In this document: one piece after another, positions 58,380-64,000 of the stretch
Numbering within the stretch: position 1 is the first letter of the stretch
Layout of the letters: each line of letters opens with the position of its first letter
Notes under the pieces: generated by a model
What the model was told of the DNA's origin: nothing
The model's input: the letters and a program-made list of their open reading frames with translations, nothing else
The model's database searches: none
Translations under genes and position numbers: made by a program
DNA from: Azolla caroliniana
Lineage: Eukaryota > Plantae > Polypodiophyta
DNA length: 64,000 nucleotides
Direction: 5' to 3'
Assembly (NCBI GenBank): GCA_043228905.1
Contig: JBHGNT010000005.1
Span: 23,808,001 to 23,872,000, forward strand

Positions 58380-60899
58380 TGCACGACCGAGAGTATGGCC
58401 AAGATGTGCGCCCGAGAGCACGGCCTAAAAGCGCAACCGAGAGAAGGGCCGAGTGCCGAGTGCGAAGACAGCCAAAGAAAAGACGAAGAAGTAGAGTACG
58501 AAGAAGAAAAGAAAGAGGAAAGAGAAGAGGGGTAGAGAGGAGAATTTCACAAGCTCAAGGGTATCCATTAAAATCTCAAAAATTTGAGGGTAAAAACAAA
58601 AATGTCTAAAACCAAGGGGTACAAATCATGAAATTTCGAAAACACAACACACATGATGAAAGAAAGAATACATAAACACACAACATGATTTCATGACCCA
58701 TGCCACGTTGAACTAGTTGATTAGTGTATGATCCAATCACGACTTCTCTTGACCGAACAAGAAGGTTCGAGTCAAGCAAAGCTTCGATCGAAGCTATCAA
58801 TCGTAGAGCAGTGATCCGGTCAAGGGATTTCCGACCGTTGAGATGACCGATGGAGTTCCGGTTGAGAAGAGTTACCATGGCGAGTGGGTTCACCGTGCAA
58901 TGCACTGTCCCACAAGCGTGCCATGTGTTACCCGTAAGAATATACGGGGAGGCATAAGGGTATGTGTAATGATGTGGTTGATGTGTATGTGTAAAGTAAA
59001 TGAGTGTGTGAGGATGAGTATGTGTATGGACACATGCACAATTATGTGCATGTGTACAAGAATGTGTAACGGTCTTATTATATAAACCCCCTATGGGGTA
59101 TGTAATGGGATAACCTTTTTTCCCCTCTCACATTTGTGTCATTTTCTATTTGTCTTTCTCTCTAGCTCTCTCACTATCGTAACCCCCTTGGGAAGGGGGT
59201 GAAGCCATTCTAACCTTCACCCCCCCACCACAACAACAGTACACAGTTGTTTATCTGATCAACAGGTCTCCCTCAGTATCATTAAAGGGTGATGTTCCAC
59301 AGAGAGTGTGGACAGGGAAGGATGTCTCCTAACAACACCTGAGGGTGTCCCGATGTTTGGTGTATATGCATGTACCAAAGGATCAGAGGTCAAAGCTTGA
59401 CAGTAAGTTGAAAGCATGCATATTCATGGGATACTCGGAAGATGAGTTCGGCTATAGGCTATGGGACCTAGTCGACAAGAAGGTAGTGAGAAGTCAGGAT
59501 GTAGTCTTTCTTGAAGATAAGACAATTGAAGACTAGAAGCAACAGAAGTCGAAACCGACTCCCTGGTCAACCCCGACTACCATCGACCTAAGGCCAAGTG
59601 AATGAGCATCGTCAACTGTTCGGAGACGGCCAGTCAGCACAGCCGAATCTGAGTCGGTCGACTCGGAGAGACCGACTGACTATGAGTCAGAGTCGGCAAT
59701 GCTGCCAAGGTCAATTGAAGAGTATGAGTTGTAGTCGTCCAAGCTGGAGATGCCAATTGATGTGCAGGAACCCGAGCGGAGAGAAGAGTTGGTAGAGACA
59801 TCCGAAAGAGAGCCAACAACAAGTGGGAGAAGATACTCACTCAGAGAAAGGAAAGCACCGACTACATATGCCAGTCAATACATCCTCTTGACTGATGAAG
59901 GTGAACCAGAGTGCTATGAAGAAGCCATTGCCGACGAGCACAGAGAAAAATGGCTGAGCGTGATGCAAGATGAGATGGAATCCTTGCACGAGAACTACAC
60001 CTACGACCTGGTAGAGTTGCCGAAAGGTAAGAGAGCACTAAGGAATAAATGGGTCTACAAGGTGAAGACTGGAGAAGCCGACAGTGAGCCCAGGTATAAA
60101 GCCCGCATAGTGGTGAAGGGTTTTCAACAGAAAAAGGGCGTCGACTTTGACGAAATATTCGCACCAGTCGTGAGGATGACATCCATTCGAACTGTTCTGA
60201 GCATAGCGGCCAGTATGGATCTGGAGATCGAATAGTTGGATGTCAAAACCGCATTTCTGCACGGGGAGCTAGAAGAAGAAACCTATATGCAGCAACCCGA
60301 AGGCTTTGAGGAGAAAGGGAAAGAGAATCTGGTGTGTCGACTGAAGAAAAGCTTGTACGATCTAAAACAAGCTCCACGCTAATGGTACAAGAAGTTCGAG
60401 TCTTTCATGATAGAACACCGTTTCCAGAAAACACGGGTTGATCATTGTGTGTTCGTCAAGAGGTACGAAGAAGGAGACTTCTTGACTCTCTTGTTATATG
60501 TTGATGACATGTTGATAGTCGGTCAAGATACAAGGAAGATTGGAAGCTTGAAGAAAGCTCTCGGCAAATTGTTTGCCATGAAAGACATTGGACCAGCTAA
60601 ACAGATCTTAGGAATGCATATAGTTCGAGACAGAACTCAAAAGGTGCTCTGATTGTCACAACAAAAGTATGTGACAAAGATCCTAGAAAGATTCAACATG
60701 TCGGACGCAAAGCCAGTCGATTCGGTGTTGCCGACAAACTGCAGGTTGAATGCGAAGCAGTGCCCGAAAGGGGAGAAGGAGAAGGCCGAGATGAGGAAGA
60801 TACCATATGTGTTGACCGTCGGCAGTCTAATGTATGCTATGGTCTATACTAGACCAGACATAGCATTTGTTGTGGGAGCAGTAAGCCAATTTGGTCAAG

Positions 60900-62800
60900 G
60901 AAAGCATTGTCCTTTGGAAAAAGCATCCAACAACAATCTATTTAACACATGACATTCTATAAAAATGTACAAATGAGCGAAAAACAAATTTGGCTTTTAA
61001 ACTTACCATTTAGTGAAGGAAATATTTCCACACGATCAAAGGATTTCTTCTACTTTCAGAAAGTATGGAGTAAAATTTTCTCCCTTTTTTGGAAAAAAAA
61101 GATTCTCCTAAGATGAAATCTCTTAAGAAAAAACATGGTCTACTTAAATAACACACGAGGTTCTATTATGTTCTATTCCATAACCATTCAATGTTATTGT
61201 CAAATAAAAAAACATTTTCACCTTAAACGGTTCACTTTTGAAAAATTCTTCATAATAGATTCAATAGTAATATTATTTTTTATGAATCCATACACTAAAA
61301 TTCATCGTTCTTCTTCTTCTTTTCCAAAAAAGAAGTTCATTGTTCTTTTTAATGACGAACATCTAGATAAGTTTTATCTAACTCTTATTATATATGCATT
61401 AAATAAAAGCCAAAGTAAACTTGCTAGCTTGGTACATAGAGTATGTAAACAATGAAGATGTGAGAAGCACGATCTTTTTCTAACTTCACTATCATCTCAT
61501 TAAAAAATACATCCAACAACCCTAGAAAGAAAGTCCAAATGTTCAAAACAAAAAATGGCCCATGTGCTCAAGATGTTGAAAATAAGGGAATATTGAATCA
61601 TGCATGACAAAAATGTATCAGTATAGAAAATTCATCGTTGTCATCTTCATATTAAACATAAACACAATTATCAAAGCATCAATCCTAGAGTAATAACATG
61701 TATTCCATTTTTCTAACATGTAATGTGCGAACTATGTTACCACGATCGTATACTTTTATAGGTAAACAATCAATGCTTAGATGGAGGCCATGAAATTATT
61801 AATCGTTTTCTTGCTACTTATGATTCAACATAAGCCTTTCTTTGTTGCTCAATCTTGTATCGAATTAATTCATAGTTCATGTGTTTTTTCTCATTCCTCT
61901 CATAAGATTATTGTATTCTTTGTATACTTAAAGATTGATTAATACCATAATAGTCAAGGCAATATGCTCTCTTAATATCTTAACTTTATTTATGCCAATT
62001 TGCTTAGTGCCAAGATAATTCCTAAAAGCTCAAAGAAGCATAAGAACCTCCAATTTTCTAACCTACAAGAGGGTACACGATGGAATAACCATGAGTATGA
62101 CCTCTACAAGGAGTAGTAACTCTTAACGAGTTAAGATGAGTGCATAAGAGGAATGCCTCTTTGAGACCCCATAACAAATACAAATATAACTCAGACGATG
62201 TGGTTGATGGCTTCCTCTAGAATATGTTCTAAGGTTCTTTTTCGTATAGAATGTGCCTTGCCTAAATGATTATGTCACCTGCACAATTAATGCTCACATA
62301 TTGCTTACATTTGTGGAATCGTCACTACTTGCTAATACCTAACATATTTTGTTTCAAATGAAGCAATTACCCTCATTGTTGAATGTGGACCAATGTTTAT
62401 GAATTTAAGAAACACAAAATTGGCTACCACATGTAGCAATAACGTTAATCATAACCTCTTGAAAATTTACCTTCACTTTCCAATAAGCTCCTTGTCCTCC
62501 TAAGCCTAGACTTGAAAAGCATAAGTTTTACGCCATTTTCTCTACAATAAGCTACTCTTCTTCATAAGTCTTGTGTCGTTTGCATTGGAAGAATGTTTTG
62601 TGACTTTAGAGATTATGTTGGATGATATTTTCTCTATTCCACGGACAAGACTCCTACGTTGTGTGCCATTCAATGTCAAACTTGTATGTATGCTCTTTGA
62701 AACCGTGATTGGTTTTTGGTTAATAGAGTGGCAAGTTCAAGTTTCTTCTTGTGAATTCATAATGAAATCCATCAAGGAGGTCACACTATTCTCCAATTGA
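60900..62800 (-). pseudogene. Possible highly degraded hAT transposase remnant
   Basis: Minus strand at ~62285-62326 reads SDDSTNVSN..ALIV (DESTD-like); VMGSQRGI at ~62150-62175. Otherwise AT-rich and riddled with stops. Confidence 0.35.
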
Positions 62801-62997
62801 GTAGCAAAAAACCCATGATCAAATATATGCTTCAAATCATGTAGAAGAACTGAAAATATATTATTTGTGTCAATGCATAATAAAATTGATCATCAATACA
62901 TTGAATCTTGAAGAAAACCTAGAGAATTCCCTAAGGCTGAGCTAGAGGAGAGAAGGACAAAAAACAAAAGGTGACCATTGATGGACAGCATTTGTAA

Positions 62998-63582
62998 TTA
63001 AATCCAGAGGTAGGTTTCATAAAGGGTTACGAGTATGGCCGTGGTGGCAGTAGGTGTCCGGGAGTAGACACGACCGATGGTATACCCGAAAGTGTTACGG
63101 AAGTCTCCGGTACCCCCAGTGATAGCATACTCCCAAGGCTGGCCACTCGTAAAGTCGGCCTCGCCTTGTGTCGTGAATGTGCCTTCGAGGCCAATGTTGT
63201 TCTTAGACTTGGGGGTGCGCTTAAAGGTGGGGTCGGAGTAGTGTACCACGGTCCTAGCCACAAAGTACGTCGCAGGTAAAGTGTTGGAGGCTACAGTCGA
63301 GGTCCCGCGGATGAAGCCAATGGATGGAGAAGTCGCATTGGGTGTTGCGGTGATGGGGTACGCGTACACGACCCCAAGCCCGACCCCCGTCCGTGTCCCG
63401 TTCACGGCCGCCACACTCGCATTCACATTCACGAACTCGTTCACTCCAAATTGTTGATGCGAGTAGTAACGTAGGACGATCTGGTGCCGTCTCTTCGCCG
63501 AGGTGGCACCCGTAGGAACCACCACCAATACCAACAAGAGTAGAGAAACCATAGCTAAAACTAGGGGAGCCTTGTTTGCCAT
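62998..63582 (-). CDS. Dirigent-like secreted protein (194 aa, intronless)
   Basis: Hydrophobic signal peptide, LRYYSHQ, beta-rich core, EYAITGGTGDFRNTFGY dirigent motif, N-glycosylation sequons, GC-rich codons. TATTTAAG ~65 bp upstream. Confidence 0.88.
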   Translation of the reverse strand: MANKAPLVLAMVSLLLLVLVVVPTGATSAKRRHQIVLRYYSHQQFGVNEFVNVNASVAAVNGTRTGVGLGVVYAYPITATPNATSPSIGFIRGTSTVASNTLPATYFVARTVVHYSDPTFKRTPKSKNNIGLEGTFTTQGEADFTSGQPWEYAITGGTGDFRNTFGYTIGRVYSRTPTATTAILVTLYETYLWI

Positions 63583-63904
63583 TAGTGCTGAGCTTGAATT
63601 TTTTACTTAGGAAATGGGATTGCTACTTCCTTGGCCTTCAATCTTCTTAAATAAGGGGGTTTTTGGGCGATTCTTTAACTTGATAGATGGATAGAACGTG
63701 CAAGAACGTGGTTGCATGCGGCCTTACTTTCAAGTAATAGCCTAGATCGAGATTACATTTAAATTTGTCAAAGCTCTCTTTGCAACCTTAGGCCCAAATT
63801 ATATTACTAGGATTTTCAATGCCATCCTTTCATAAAAAATTTCCTTTTACAACAGAAAATCATGTAACATTAGAATATTGGGGATAGCTCCATTACCACA
63901 TGGT

Positions 63905-63907
<3 letters not shown>

Positions 63908-63936
<29 letters not shown>
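63908..63936. repeat. (TA)n microsatellite
   Basis: Direct observation. Confidence 0.95.
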
Positions 63937-63941
<5 letters not shown>

Positions 63942-64000
63942 TCACTTTTTCAAAGTGTACCCAACCTTTCATTCTATAAATATTGTGAACAAATCAGTAA

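Larger units (their letters stand above)
38253..59238 (+). mobile_element. Apparently non-autonomous LTR element (LTRs 38253-38579 and 58926-59238) with tRNA-Arg-type PBS; hosts further insertions
   Basis: Near-identical LTRs starting TGTTACCC. Perfect TSD GTACA. PBS TGGCACGCCTG at 38584. No RT/INT in its own internal sequence; only a degenerate ORF and K/E-rich low complexity at 39233-39900. Confidence 0.9.
36102..60890 (+). mobile_element. Ty1/Copia element (5' LTR ~36102-36657, iMet PBS, gag-PR-INT-RT), split in the integrase by a 21-kb nest; no 3' LTR in the window
   Basis: PBS TGGTATCAGAG at 36661. Motifs WVIDSGASFH, WHKRLGH, IRTDNGGEY and NGLAERMNRT. Integrase resumes at 59244 (TVVYLINRSP). 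RT YKARIVVKGF and LLYVDDML. Truncated at ~60890. Confidence 0.92.

Overview
Plant nuclear intergenic DNA, most likely from a seed-free plant and probably a fern (inferred from a native-type mitochondrial trnD, an atp9 copy that needs both C-to-U and U-to-C editing, and Tcn1 chromoviruses). It consists almost entirely of nested and rearranged retroelements. These are an RTE/RTEX-like LINE, several L1/Tx1-like LINE pieces (one split by an apparent 6-kb inversion), two Tcn1-like chromoviruses, Copia elements and solo LTRs, a hAT MITE, and a roughly seven-layer nest from 25 to 61 kb. The youngest member of that nest is an intact 7.27-kb tRNA-Trp-primed Gypsy element. A ~4-kb NUMT (atp9, trnD, trnK, trnG, plus a plastid ndhH fragment) lies at ~17.6-21.7 kb. 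The only clear host gene is an intronless dirigent-like gene at the right end. The most unusual signal is in two different tRNA-Arg-primed LTR elements: where the polypurine tract should be, both carry a sense copy of the tRNA 3' end (GTCCCACARGCGTGCCA) exactly 2 nt before the 3' LTR, suggesting a PPT-independent, tRNA-based plus-strand priming system. Other notable signals are antisense tRNA-like modules in the U3 of two Gypsy lineages, Tf1-type self-priming in Tcn1, a slippery site plus pseudoknot between PR and RT, and enhancer motifs shared between Gypsy and Copia-type LTRs. All calls were made by eye, without database searches.
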